Below are positions 1 through 8,522 of a stretch of 33,435 nucleotides of DNA, piece by piece. How positions within the stretch are numbered: position 1 is the first letter of the stretch; each line of letters begins with the position of its first letter. This DNA is from a virus (lineage: Duplodnaviria > Caudoviricetes). Where the stretch lies: positions 1 through 33,435 of IMG/VR virus record IMGVR_UViG_3300044878_000177, one strand, 5' to 3'. The position numbers and the translations under genes are program-made. Below the pieces are notes generated by a model. It saw nothing but the letters and a program-made list of their open reading frames with translations. It did not search any database and was not told the origin of the DNA.

Positions 1-117
1 ACGATTGAGATCATCAGTATAAACATCACCCAAAAAAATACCACCATCTGAAACAAGATTACCTAAATCAGTAACATAAAATGATTTTCCGTTATTAATA
101 TTAATTTCAAAATTATA
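1..117 (-). pseudogene. Start-less open frame, probably the 3' part of a host gene interrupted at the prophage left end
   Basis: 39 open codons (YNFEININNGKSFYVTDLGNLVSDGG...) running off the window, preceded directly by an in-frame TAA at 118-120; no ATG. Confidence 0.4.
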
Positions 118-164
118 TTAGGGGCAATACCAAACATACACCATAAACATTGACATTATAACCA

Positions 165-239
165 AAAAAGGTTTAAAAAGGTTTAATTCTACCTTAATAA
201 AAAAGGTCGAAAATTAAACTTATTCAAAAAAAGGTTTAA
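165..239 (+). repeat. AAAAAGGTTTAA direct repeats near the left end (possible transposase-binding sites)
   Basis: Copies at 165-176, 175-186 and 228-239; partial AAAAAGGTC at 200-208. Confidence 0.35.
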
Positions 240-1111
240 TTTTTATTCTTTAAAAGGGATTTAATGTGGTCAATTTCGGCTTCTAAGTCCCCTACGCGGT
301 CATATAATACCGTTGGATCAGGTAATTCAAAAGAAAGGTGCATTTTTACCGCCCACACTTCTTTTATATGAGATGTATCTAGAGATATATTAGGATACTC
401 TCTTCTATTATCTGATTTTAAATATAAATTGTCGTATTTTTTTAAACGGTTTAAAACACGTTTTACGAGAATACCATCATTGCTGACAATCACATATATA
501 CGGTTATCTTTTATATCTTTAATCCAATTCTCTACCCATTCACCAACGACATAAGAACCGTCGTTTAATGTTGGATACATCGAATGACCTGAAATTTGAA
601 ACATTCTAAAAGTACCGTTCTGAATATTAGGCAAACTAAACGTTGGTAAGGTCTGAACAAACTGCGGGTCTCCATAACCTAATAAATAACCCGCTGCAGC
701 TTTAGCAGGTACCAACACTACATTATCCTTTCCGCTTTCATTTACAGTAACAATCTTAGGCATTTTACTGTGTAAAGGAGAACCAGCCTCTTTTAATGAA
801 AGTGATACATTTTCTTTACTTTTCGTTTCTTCCGAAAATGTGACAGTTTTTGTGACATTTTCAAACTGTGACATATCCTTTACATTTGGTTTTAGCATTT
901 CACCTTCTCCCAAAACAAACCAAATAGGATTTAAGTCTATATAAGCATGTAGAATTTTCTCTATAGTATCTGAATTCAAACCAGCTGAATTCTTAATTGC
1001 TTTTCCAATTAAACCTACAGATAAGCCTGCATCAACAGTAATATTATTAGGGTTTAACCCTTTGTATTCCATGTACCTACATAGCCTGTGTGTAATTTTT
1101 TCTATACTCAT
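236..1111 (-). CDS. CI-like repressor: N-terminal HTH plus S24 peptidase domain
   Basis: HTH-like N-terminus, 'WFVLGEGEM' linker, S24 motifs GHSMYP (Ser) and ILVKRV (Lys); divergent from the early operon. Confidence 0.9.
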   Translation of the reverse strand: MSIEKITHRLCRYMEYKGLNPNNITVDAGLSVGLIGKAIKNSAGLNSDTIEKILHAYIDLNPIWFVLGEGEMLKPNVKDMSQFENVTKTVTFSEETKSKENVSLSLKEAGSPLHSKMPKIVTVNESGKDNVVLVPAKAAAGYLLGYGDPQFVQTLPTFSLPNIQNGTFRMFQISGHSMYPTLNDGSYVVGEWVENWIKDIKDNRIYVIVSNDGILVKRVLNRLKKYDNLYLKSDNRREYPNISLDTSHIKEVWAVKMHLSFELPDPTVLYDRVGDLEAEIDHIKSLLKNKN

Positions 1112-1163
1112 ATTGAAATAAGTCTATATTTTTATTAATTGGTATTGAAAATTATCTATATTT
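1111..1163. promoter_or_regulatory. Putative repressor operators
   Basis: TATTGAAA-N4-TCTATATTT at 1111-1131 and 1143-1163; related GTAGAATTTTCTCTAT at 949-964. Confidence 0.6.
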
Positions 1164-1164
1164 G
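1157..1164 (+). promoter_or_regulatory. Early promoter -7 element TATATTTG
   Basis: Matches Bacteroidota TAnnTTTG consensus, about 40 nt upstream of ATG 1205; overlaps operator 2. Confidence 0.7.
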
Positions 1165-1180
1165 TATCACTCTAACAATA

Positions 1181-1188
1181 CAAATGTA
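1181..1188 (-). promoter_or_regulatory. Repressor promoter -7 element TACATTTG
   Basis: TAnnTTTG on the minus strand, 70 nt upstream of the repressor ATG. Confidence 0.65.
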
Positions 1189-1204
1189 TAATAAATTTTA
1201 AGAT

Positions 1205-1384
1205 ATGAGCATATTAATTGAACAAGCGAGAAAATTTAAAACTTGGGAACTGCTTCATAGTATGACAGGTATGAGCAAAGTTTATTGCAAAAAAGTAGTG
1301 ACAAACGAAAGAGAACATAAGTCAATTGCTGCCAAACTAATCATGGAAAAGTTTGCTGAACTAGAAAAAATGCTAATCAACTAG
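1205..1384 (+). CDS. 59-aa Ner/Cro-like small DNA-binding protein (not in ORF track)
   Basis: MSILIEQARKFKTWELLHSMTGMSKVYCKKVV...; HTH-like; occupies the ner position between repressor and transposase. Confidence 0.7.
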   Translation: MSILIEQARKFKTWELLHSMTGMSKVYCKKVVTNEREHKSIAAKLIMEKFAELEKMLIN

Positions 1385-1392
1385 TCACAAAA

Positions 1393-3585
1393 ATGCAGCT
1401 GCTACCAAACGACCTACTATTTCGCAATTACAAAGACGGTGAAACCCTATGGGTATCACAACGCCTTGTATTGCAAGTTTGTCAGGTAACAGAAGAATAT
1501 CTAAGAACACGAGCTAGAGCATTATTTAAAAAATCAATCCAAAAAGGCTATAAATATGGCGACTTTTTACCCAATACAGGTAGTGCTTGGCGATGGGGCA
1601 AAGTAAACGGTACATTCTATTATGATTATGACTGTTTACCTGACCGTAAACCGACACATTACCGTTCAAAATTTGGCGCAAAGCACGAGCTTCTACAGCA
1701 GTACGAGGCTCTGCAAAGTGCCGACAAATCAAGTAAACAAAACCAAGTTAAAAACGCTATTCAGGCGCAAGTAAACTCGTTCATTGACAATACTGATATC
1801 ACATATTATATGTATGGTGCTATGGTTGGATTCAATCAAAAACAAGCTGAACAAATGGCGACTGGACGCGCTTGGTGTTTGTGGATTTTAAAACAACTAT
1901 ACAACGACAATTTTAAGCTATTAGGAATCAATAAAAAACAAGACTTCTACCAAGTGTGTACCGACATGTTAGCACCGTTAGAATTGGAAGGTTTTAAAAT
2001 CAATTCTGCAGCTTATTTACGTAATAAAGTAAACGAATTTCCTTTTTCAAGCGACTTAAAAGAACAATTGAACTTTTTTATTTCGGGTAAATATGGAAAT
2101 GACAATGCTCAAATAGTGGGTAAATACCCTCTAGTTGACGAAAGTACAGGACAAATTTACCAATTCGATATCCACCAAGCCATGATGTTTCATTTATACA
2201 TGAATCCGGGTGGCTCATCAAAAGAGTATATCCGCTCACTTTGGGAGCGTGATTATTGCGAAGATGTTCAGGAATTTGATTTACAACCTGTGGCATATCG
2301 TACTTTTTGCCATCACTTGACACGCTTTAATAAATCAATATTGACTGCAAAAGCTCGTCACGGTGAAGATCATTACAAAAAACATGTTCAAACCTACGTA
2401 ACTACTGAGCGTTTACAATTCGCACATTCATTATTTGCGGGTGATGGTTCGGGAACTATCAATTACAAATACTATAAAATAAAGAAAGTAAAAGGAAAAG
2501 AAGTTCGTGAATTAAACACAATGAAGCTCTACGTAATTTTAATTACTGATGTAGCAAGTCGAAACATTGCGGGTTGGTCAGTTGCTCCTGTTGGTTCTCA
2601 TAAAGAGACTGATGTAATGATGAAGGAAGCGGTTAAAATGGCTATTGAAAACGGTGGTAATCAAACTATGTTCGAATTCATATCCGATAACCACGGTGCA
2701 TTTACATCAAAAGAAAGCAAATCATTCTTAAATCTTGCTTTCAATAGAGTAAGAACTATCGAAGCGGGTAACTCACAAGCGAACCCTGCAGAAACGCAAT
2801 TCCGATTGTTTAAACGAAGTTTAAAAGACATTCAAAACTTCCTTTCAACTTCGTGGGGAACTGGTTTAGAAGGTCAGGCAAATACTGATTATATCAATAT
2901 TGACGATATGCCAACTTATGAAGATGCATTAATACAAATGCACGAACTTATTAAACGTTGGAATCTTACTAAACTTCGTGACGGTGTAGCTCCTGCAGAA
3001 CGTTTCGCAATCAAACATCCTAATTGCGCACCACTTGAACCAGTAGTAATGCGCTATTTATTCGCTAAACACACAAAAGTAGATGTAAGCTATATGCGTG
3101 GTTATGTAAATGTGTACCGTACAAAAGGATATAGCGAAACCGAACAATTCCAGTTTGAAATACCACAGTTTGGCGGTGCGGGAACTGAAATGATTGCTAA
3201 AGCCACAGGTTACACCACAGGAGCTGAAGTAAAAGTGGTTTGGGATGAAGATTTTGCAGACTTATATACACTTGACAATAAGTTTATAATGACTTGTCCT
3301 CGTTCAATAGGAGCTTCACAATCGCATGCTGAAACTGACGAAACTAAATCAAATGCCTTAGGACATCTAAAAGGCAGAAAAGCAAAACAAACTGAATTTA
3401 TAGATGATTTTGAAGCTTCATTAAATGAAGTAATAAATGATTTGGGATATAGTCACTCTATTGCGCTTGGAGGAAACAAAGAAACTTATAATGAAAATCA
3501 AATAAATAACGAGAATAATAACCTTAAAAACACGACCAAACAGAGAGTAAATAGAGACTTTAACATCTCTGATTGGTCGGCTTAA
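1393..3585 (+). CDS. MuA-like DDE transposase
   Basis: RNase H-fold motifs FAGDGS, ITDVASR, ISDNHGAF, QANPAETQF; 730 aa; followed by ATPase. Confidence 0.9.
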   Translation: MQLLPNDLLFRNYKDGETLWVSQRLVLQVCQVTEEYLRTRARALFKKSIQKGYKYGDFLPNTGSAWRWGKVNGTFYYDYDCLPDRKPTHYRSKFGAKHELLQQYEALQSADKSSKQNQVKNAIQAQVNSFIDNTDITYYMYGAMVGFNQKQAEQMATGRAWCLWILKQLYNDNFKLLGINKKQDFYQVCTDMLAPLELEGFKINSAAYLRNKVNEFPFSSDLKEQLNFFISGKYGNDNAQIVGKYPLVDESTGQIYQFDIHQAMMFHLYMNPGGSSKEYIRSLWERDYCEDVQEFDLQPVAYRTFCHHLTRFNKSILTAKARHGEDHYKKHVQTYVTTERLQFAHSLFAGDGSGTINYKYYKIKKVKGKEVRELNTMKLYVILITDVASRNIAGWSVAPVGSHKETDVMMKEAVKMAIENGGNQTMFEFISDNHGAFTSKESKSFLNLAFNRVRTIEAGNSQANPAETQFRLFKRSLKDIQNFLSTSWGTGLEGQANTDYINIDDMPTYEDALIQMHELIKRWNLTKLRDGVAPAERFAIKHPNCAPLEPVVMRYLFAKHTKVDVSYMRGYVNVYRTKGYSETEQFQFEIPQFGGAGTEMIAKATGYTTGAEVKVVWDEDFADLYTLDNKFIMTCPRSIGASQSHAETDETKSNALGHLKGRKAKQTEFIDDFEASLNEVINDLGYSHSIALGGNKETYNENQINNENNNLKNTTKQRVNRDFNISDWSA

Positions 3586-3596
3586 ATTTCAAATCT

Positions 3597-4523
3597 ATGG
3601 CAAAGTTAACACAAATTCAGAAACTAGAGCAAATACCTGCCGCAATTGAAGCGTATTTATCTGAAAACGAAACTACTCAAGTAGCATTAGCAAAATTGGC
3701 AGGCATAGACAAAGCCTATGTAAATCAAATTGTAAAAGGAAACGAATTAATTGGTAAAGCGAAAATTGCTGACAAATACTATGAAGCAATCGCCTTGTCA
3801 ATTGGTTTCAAGTTAGAGAAAACTTATTGGAATCACTTTAACACGTTCAATTTCAAACAATCAATTATCACTTTTGAAAATGCACGAGAAAAGAAAATCA
3901 GATTAGGAGTTGATGGCGATACCGGACTTGGTAAAAGTTATGCTGCAGGAATGTACAAAAGAAAGTTTCCGACACAAGTATTCCTTGTTAAATGTTCAGG
4001 TATCGAAAATTCAAAAGAGTTTGCTATCAATTTAGCAATTGAAGTGGGTGTCACTACTACAGGAACCAAAGGCGCAATTGTGAAAAGAGTTTGTGAAAAA
4101 ATCAAAAATCTAGGAAACAATCCGGTATTGATGATTGACGAATTTGAGAACTCAAAAGCAGGGAATATTCCAACAGTTAAAACCATTGCTGACGAATTAG
4201 AAGGTCATGCTGCAGTAATTGTAATTGGTATCGATGTTCAAAAAATGCTTACAAAAGGAGCTGAACGCCGTAAAAACGGATTTATCCAAACAAATCGTCG
4301 TTGGTCATTTGGATGGACAAATTTAGATCCATCAATTGGCGAAGATATTATTTGTATTTGCCAAGAGCTAGGAATTACAAATAAACCGGCTCAAAACTGG
4401 CTTGTTGCACGTGTAAAAGACTTTGATAGCCTTAGAAACATTTGTATAACCGCACTTGAAGAAGCCGAAAAAACAAACCAAGAAGTAACAATTTCATTAC
4501 TAAACGAACTCTTTTCATTATGA
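3597..4523 (+). CDS. MuB-like AAA+ transposition ATPase with N-terminal HTH
   Basis: HTH TQVALAKLAGIDKAYVNQ, Walker A GDTGLGKS, Walker B LMIDE; ATG at 3597. Confidence 0.9.
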   Translation: MAKLTQIQKLEQIPAAIEAYLSENETTQVALAKLAGIDKAYVNQIVKGNELIGKAKIADKYYEAIALSIGFKLEKTYWNHFNTFNFKQSIITFENAREKKIRLGVDGDTGLGKSYAAGMYKRKFPTQVFLVKCSGIENSKEFAINLAIEVGVTTTGTKGAIVKRVCEKIKNLGNNPVLMIDEFENSKAGNIPTVKTIADELEGHAAVIVIGIDVQKMLTKGAERRKNGFIQTNRRWSFGWTNLDPSIGEDIICICQELGITNKPAQNWLVARVKDFDSLRNICITALEEAEKTNQEVTISLLNELFSL

Positions 4524-4654
4524 TGACTTACAACCTTACCAAGAAGTTATTAATCATTAAAAATGATTCCGGAACAATAATAAAAGCTTATGCAGGAGCT
4601 ATTGCAGAAACCAAGTTTAAAGAACATGTAAGGCAATTATTTGAGAACAAATAA
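4520..4654 (+). CDS. 44-aa hypothetical protein (not in ORF track)
   Basis: ATGA overlap with MuB stop; MMTYNLTKKLLIIKNDSGTIIKAYAG...; fills the gap before 4663. Confidence 0.55.
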   Translation: MMTYNLTKKLLIIKNDSGTIIKAYAGAIAETKFKEHVRQLFENK

Positions 4655-4662
4655 AACTAAAA

Positions 4663-4857
4663 ATGAAAGTATCAAAAACGTATTTAGAAAATAAGATTCA
4701 AGAGTTAAACGACTGGATATTAGTAAATGAAATCAAAGAGAACAGCATAAAAACTAATAGACACATTGAGTATACTCATAAAAAAAGAAGTCGAGATTAT
4801 TATGTAAATAAGCTTATTGAACTCGAAGAAAACCAACTAACATCAATCAAAGTATGA
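4663..4857 (+). CDS. Hypothetical early protein
   Basis: ORF in operon, A-rich start. Confidence 0.65.
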   Translation: MKVSKTYLENKIQELNDWILVNEIKENSIKTNRHIEYTHKKRSRDYYVNKLIELEENQLTSIKV

Positions 4858-4906
4858 GACAAAGTTTTATAAAGAACTCAATTTTTTAATCAATAATAAC
4901 AATATA

Positions 4907-5548
4907 ATGGAAGTAACAAAACCAATTACTGAAATGTCTGCAGCAGAAATAGAGACATATCTAAAAGAAAAAAAAGCATCGGAAACCAAACAACACGAAA
5001 GCCGTAAAAAAGCCTACGAATCCGACAAAGAAAACTTTTTGAGTGAAGTTTTAAACCGATTTAAAGATGCTCAAGGCATTCTTTCAACCTTAAAAAATGA
5101 AACGATTACACACTCTGAAAACTTCAACGCTCTAAAGTATGAACTAGAAGGCAAAGCTGTGAAAGAAGCTAAGAGCTTCGAGTTAAAAAATGACCGTGTA
5201 AAAATAGTAGTCGAAAACCAAGACAAGTTTGATTTCAATGACAATGCCATCGTACACATCAACGCTATCAAGGACATTTTTAGAGAAAAATTCGAAGCGA
5301 GAAATAAAGGCTTTTATAATCTTTTGGATAGCATTCTAATGAAAAACTCCAAAGGCGAATATGATGCCAAATTACTGAATAAAGCCCGTAGACAGGCTAA
5401 AGAATTGGGTGATGAGGCTTTAATGACAGAGTTTGACAAACTAAATGACTGCCTTGTAGTCGTAGGAACTGCAAAGTATACTAGAGTTTATGCCAAGGAC
5501 GATAAGAACCGTTGGAAGGATATTTCTCTAAGCTTCTCAAGCTTGTAA
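4907..5548 (+). CDS. DUF3164-family protein
   Basis: Size, position after MuB, and C-terminal Y.R.Y.....W..I.LSFS pattern typical of Bacteroidota Mu-like phages. Confidence 0.75.
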   Translation: MEVTKPITEMSAAEIETYLKEKKASETKQHESRKKAYESDKENFLSEVLNRFKDAQGILSTLKNETITHSENFNALKYELEGKAVKEAKSFELKNDRVKIVVENQDKFDFNDNAIVHINAIKDIFREKFEARNKGFYNLLDSILMKNSKGEYDAKLLNKARRQAKELGDEALMTEFDKLNDCLVVVGTAKYTRVYAKDDKNRWKDISLSFSSL

Positions 5549-5549
5549 T

Positions 5550-5747
5550 ATGGAACAAGATGAATTATTAGAAGAGGCGGTAGAATTTGCCAAGGAAAAC
5601 GGCAAAATTAGAAGTACTCTTTTACAGATAAAGTTTAAGCTTGGATACAACCAGGCAAACAAAATAATGAAGCAGATGGAAGAACTTGAAATGTTAGATA
5701 AAGAGAATAAAGGAAAGTTTTATTTAGATAGAATTGTTATCTCCTAA
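5550..5747 (+). CDS. Stand-alone FtsK gamma (winged-helix) domain protein
   Basis: DELLEEAVEF...STLLQIKFKLGYNQANKIMKQME parallels FtsK-gamma DPLFDQAVQF...ISGVQRQFRIGYNRAARIIEQME. Confidence 0.85.
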   Translation: MEQDELLEEAVEFAKENGKIRSTLLQIKFKLGYNQANKIMKQMEELEMLDKENKGKFYLDRIVIS

Positions 5748-5767
5748 GTTTCTAAAGTCTGTAAAAA

Positions 5768-5808
5768 TCCCGAAAGGCATGCGCTTACGTTCGAGTCGTA
5801 AGCGGGAG
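5768..5808 (+). ncRNA. tRNA-like minihelix (T-arm plus acceptor-like stem); not a complete tRNA
   Basis: CGCTTACG-TTCGAGT-CGTAAGCG hairpin with canonical T-loop; TCCCG(5768-72)/CGGGA(5803-07). Confidence 0.5.
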
Positions 5809-5831
5809 CGAAAAATGAAAAATTAATACAA

Positions 5832-6455
5832 ATGAAAGCAATCGGAATCACACAATTTCAAGAAAAGTCCTTCGATGTTTATGACATTGAGGGCGAATGG
5901 TTAGACAGTTTCGACTTGATTGAAAAGAATTTCAAAATGTCGGTTACTGGTGAGTCAGGACACGGAAAAACAGAGCTTGTGGTCAAGTTCATTAAGGAAT
6001 TATGCTTAAAATTCAGAGTAAAAGCAGATTACTTCTCTTATGAACAAGGTCATTCTAAATCATTACAAGCTGCTATCAACCGTAACAATATGGAAGAAGT
6101 AAAAGGTAAAGTTATGTTTATGACTGGTGGCACTTTTGACGAACTCTTAACGAGATTAAAACGTAGAGCTTCGGCACGTATTGTGGTAATTGATAGCCAA
6201 GATTATTCCGAATTATCAACAAAACAGTTTAAAATTCTTGTCAAAAGTTTTCCTAGAAAAGCAATTATAGTAACCAGCTGGGCAAATAATGATAAACCAA
6301 GAAATAAAGCAGCAAAAGACATTGAAAATATGTGTGATATAAAGATACATGTAAATAGATATATAGCATATCCACGTAGCCGTTTTGGAGGCAATAAACC
6401 CTTTGTTATTTGGGATAAAAAAGAAACTACACCAGTTCAACAAAAACTTTTTTAA
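5832..6455 (+). CDS. Small P-loop (RecA-like) ATPase
   Basis: Walker A GESGHGKT, SYEQG, Walker B VVIDS. Confidence 0.85.
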   Translation: MKAIGITQFQEKSFDVYDIEGEWLDSFDLIEKNFKMSVTGESGHGKTELVVKFIKELCLKFRVKADYFSYEQGHSKSLQAAINRNNMEEVKGKVMFMTGGTFDELLTRLKRRASARIVVIDSQDYSELSTKQFKILVKSFPRKAIIVTSWANNDKPRNKAAKDIENMCDIKIHVNRYIAYPRSRFGGNKPFVIWDKKETTPVQQKLF

Positions 6456-6456
6456 G

Positions 6457-6858
6457 ATGGGAACAAAAAAACAAAGATTAAACACATTTTCGGATAGTGA
6501 TAGTCCTGTCAATAACTATTTCAATAACAAAAAGCGAGTAGTTGAAACCCAAAAAAAGGAAAGTCAACAATCCCTTTCGGCAGAAATGGAGTTGATTATG
6601 AAACGCAAACGAAGCACTATTTTAACGCTTGCCACCAGCACAGGCATAAAAGAGCCTGATAACTGGACAAAATTTAATAATTGGATGCTGAACTCCTCTG
6701 TTTATAAAAAAGCCCTTAATGCTTACGATTATCATGAGTTGGACGATTTATTAAAACAGTTCCACGCATTGAAAGCCAATTACGAACACAGTGCAGAAAA
6801 GATAGGTACAAAAGCATGGCATCACGCCACTGGAATACCGAAACCATCTACTAATTAG
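6457..6858 (+). CDS. Hypothetical protein, possibly GemA-like regulator
   Basis: ATG at 6457 right after the upstream stop; C-terminal W..FN......K.L......EL..L..Q...L pattern; position resembles Mu gemA. Confidence 0.5.
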   Translation: MGTKKQRLNTFSDSDSPVNNYFNNKKRVVETQKKESQQSLSAEMELIMKRKRSTILTLATSTGIKEPDNWTKFNNWMLNSSVYKKALNAYDYHELDDLLKQFHALKANYEHSAEKIGTKAWHHATGIPKPSTN

Positions 6859-6862
6859 GCGT

Positions 6863-6892
6863 AAAAAAGCCCTAAATAATACTATTTAGAGC
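6863..6892 (-). terminator. Intrinsic terminator of a putative antisense RNA
   Basis: Minus strand GCUCUAAAUA-GUAU-UAUUUAGGGC-UUUUUU; the U-G pair forms only on the minus strand. Confidence 0.6.
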
Positions 6893-6921
6893 CTTATCAA
6901 CTTGGCGGTTGTGTGAGGCTC

Positions 6922-6929
6922 CAAAAATA
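6922..6929 (-). promoter_or_regulatory. Antisense -7 element TATTTTTG
   Basis: TAnnTTTG on the minus strand, 6 nt upstream of ATG 6936. Confidence 0.5.
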
Positions 6930-6935
6930 GTACAA

Positions 6936-7166
6936 ATGGCCTATAATAGACAAAATTTCTTAACAAAAGTTTTAAAAATTCAGGAAATCGCCTTGTATCA
7001 CAACAGGCAGGGACTGTTTTTTAAAGAGATTTACCATTTACATATAGAAAATCAGTTCGATATCTGCAAAAGAACCTTTGATAGCTATCTCGGTATTAAT
7101 GCCAAGAGACAACTGAGGGAACTACGAGAAAAAAAACAAGACAATAATCAATTACAACTCTTTTAA
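6936..7166 (+). CDS. Small HTH-like protein, candidate middle/late activator
   Basis: MAYNRQNFL...EIYHLHIENQFDICKRTFDSYL; HTH-like C-terminal half; activator role is inference. Confidence 0.55.
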   Translation: MAYNRQNFLTKVLKIQEIALYHNRQGLFFKEIYHLHIENQFDICKRTFDSYLGINAKRQLRELREKKQDNNQLQLF

Positions 7167-7168
7167 TT

Positions 7169-7414
7169 ATGTACCACGAACTAAAAATTCACCCCAAATT
7201 TTACAAGGATATACTATTTGGATTAAAGAAAGTAGAAGTCCGAAAAAATGATCGGAATTATCAAGAAAATGACCTGTTAATACTCAATGAATTTGACCCA
7301 AAAATCGAAAAATACACAGGCGGTCAGGTAAAAAGGAAAGTTGATTACGTCATTCGTGATGTAGCGGGTTTAGCTCCAGATTATGTGATATTACAAATTT
7401 CAAAACCTTTGTAA
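7169..7414 (+). CDS. DUF3850 / ASCH (PUA-like) domain protein
   Basis: HELKIHPKFY..I..G.K..EVRKNDR.YQ..D.L.L.E motif. Confidence 0.85.
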   Translation: MYHELKIHPKFYKDILFGLKKVEVRKNDRNYQENDLLILNEFDPKIEKYTGGQVKRKVDYVIRDVAGLAPDYVILQISKPL

Positions 7415-7747
7415 ATGAAAATAGAAATAGCATTAACCCCAGAAGCAGCTATAATAATTGCAGCTACAATTCAATCGGTTTATAATACTAAAGCACACAC
7501 AAGACGACACAAATCAACTTTGTCAATTGCCCTTGATGTTGCTGCCAAATTAGACGGTAAAGCGGTTCATTTAAAAGCTAAAATGAATCTTTTTGATTCC
7601 AAAAAGAAGATTAAAGTTTCTTTAAAATTCCACGAAGCCGATATGTTGGAATTATTGTTATTAGACCAAATCAAAAGCGTCTCAGATGTTTATATAAGAG
7701 GTCAAATCCAAAAAACCATTGATGTTTTAAACCAAAAATTAGCATAA
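7415..7747 (+). CDS. Hypothetical protein
   Basis: Abuts neighbouring genes. Confidence 0.7.
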   Translation: MKIEIALTPEAAIIIAATIQSVYNTKAHTRRHKSTLSIALDVAAKLDGKAVHLKAKMNLFDSKKKIKVSLKFHEADMLELLLLDQIKSVSDVYIRGQIQKTIDVLNQKLA

Positions 7748-7748
7748 T

Positions 7749-8021
7749 ATGGGAACCATTTTTAAAGTTGAAAACGGTAAACATGTCAGTTTTGAATTAA
7801 AACAACATTCAGAAGGCAGGCTATCTACATGTCTTTGGTCTGATACAATGGGTTATGTGGATCAATATAAAAATGGTGAAACAATTAACGATGTTTTGGT
7901 AAGTGAAATCAAAACAATAAAGGCAAAAATCAATGATAATCCAAAAGAAAAAGCCCTTAAATGGCTTTTGTCTGAAGTAAAAAATAAAAGAATAGAATAT
8001 TCACAATTAACACTATTTTGA
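7749..8021 (+). CDS. Hypothetical protein
   Basis: Abuts neighbours; ends in QLTLF. Confidence 0.7.
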   Translation: MGTIFKVENGKHVSFELKQHSEGRLSTCLWSDTMGYVDQYKNGETINDVLVSEIKTIKAKINDNPKEKALKWLLSEVKNKRIEYSQLTLF

Positions 8022-8024
8022 ATT

Positions 8025-8459
8025 ATGGAAGAATTTATAACCTACAAAGTAACCTTCAAAGAAACTGCTGACGAATGGTTGTTTCAATACCGTAAAAGTG
8101 ATGGTGTAATCTACAATTTTACCAATATGAAGGGCAATCGAGTACTTACTTTATTAGATAAAAACCAATTCCCTGGCACTGTAAAAAGAATAGAAGAATG
8201 GACGGCTCTAAAAAAGATAATTACAATTGAACTAGTATTAGATAGCTATTCTTTTGAGGAATTTTGGGAAAAATACAATCTAAAGCAGAAGAAAGAATTT
8301 GCCGAAAAAGCCTTTAACAAATTGAGTTTAGTAGATAAAATAAAATGCTTTGCTAAGTTATCCAGTTACGATGCTTATGTCATTGCAAAAGGCATAAACA
8401 AGCAATTGATGGTAACTTGGATTAACCAAAAACGATACAACGATGAATTTAAAATTTAA
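8025..8459 (+). CDS. Hypothetical protein with C-terminal FEEFWEKY...AEKAF helical motif
   Basis: Motif resembles the C-terminal domain of phage replication-initiator-like proteins. Confidence 0.6.
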   Translation: MEEFITYKVTFKETADEWLFQYRKSDGVIYNFTNMKGNRVLTLLDKNQFPGTVKRIEEWTALKKIITIELVLDSYSFEEFWEKYNLKQKKEFAEKAFNKLSLVDKIKCFAKLSSYDAYVIAKGINKQLMVTWINQKRYNDEFKI

Positions 8460-8522
8460 ATGCTGTTTAAACAATGTGGAAAACCGCAATAATTCGAGTA
8501 AACATTTAAATAAATTTACAAA

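Noticed and set aside
5760-5815. Complete tRNA gene
   Set aside because: No D arm or anticodon arm; only about 40 nt structured
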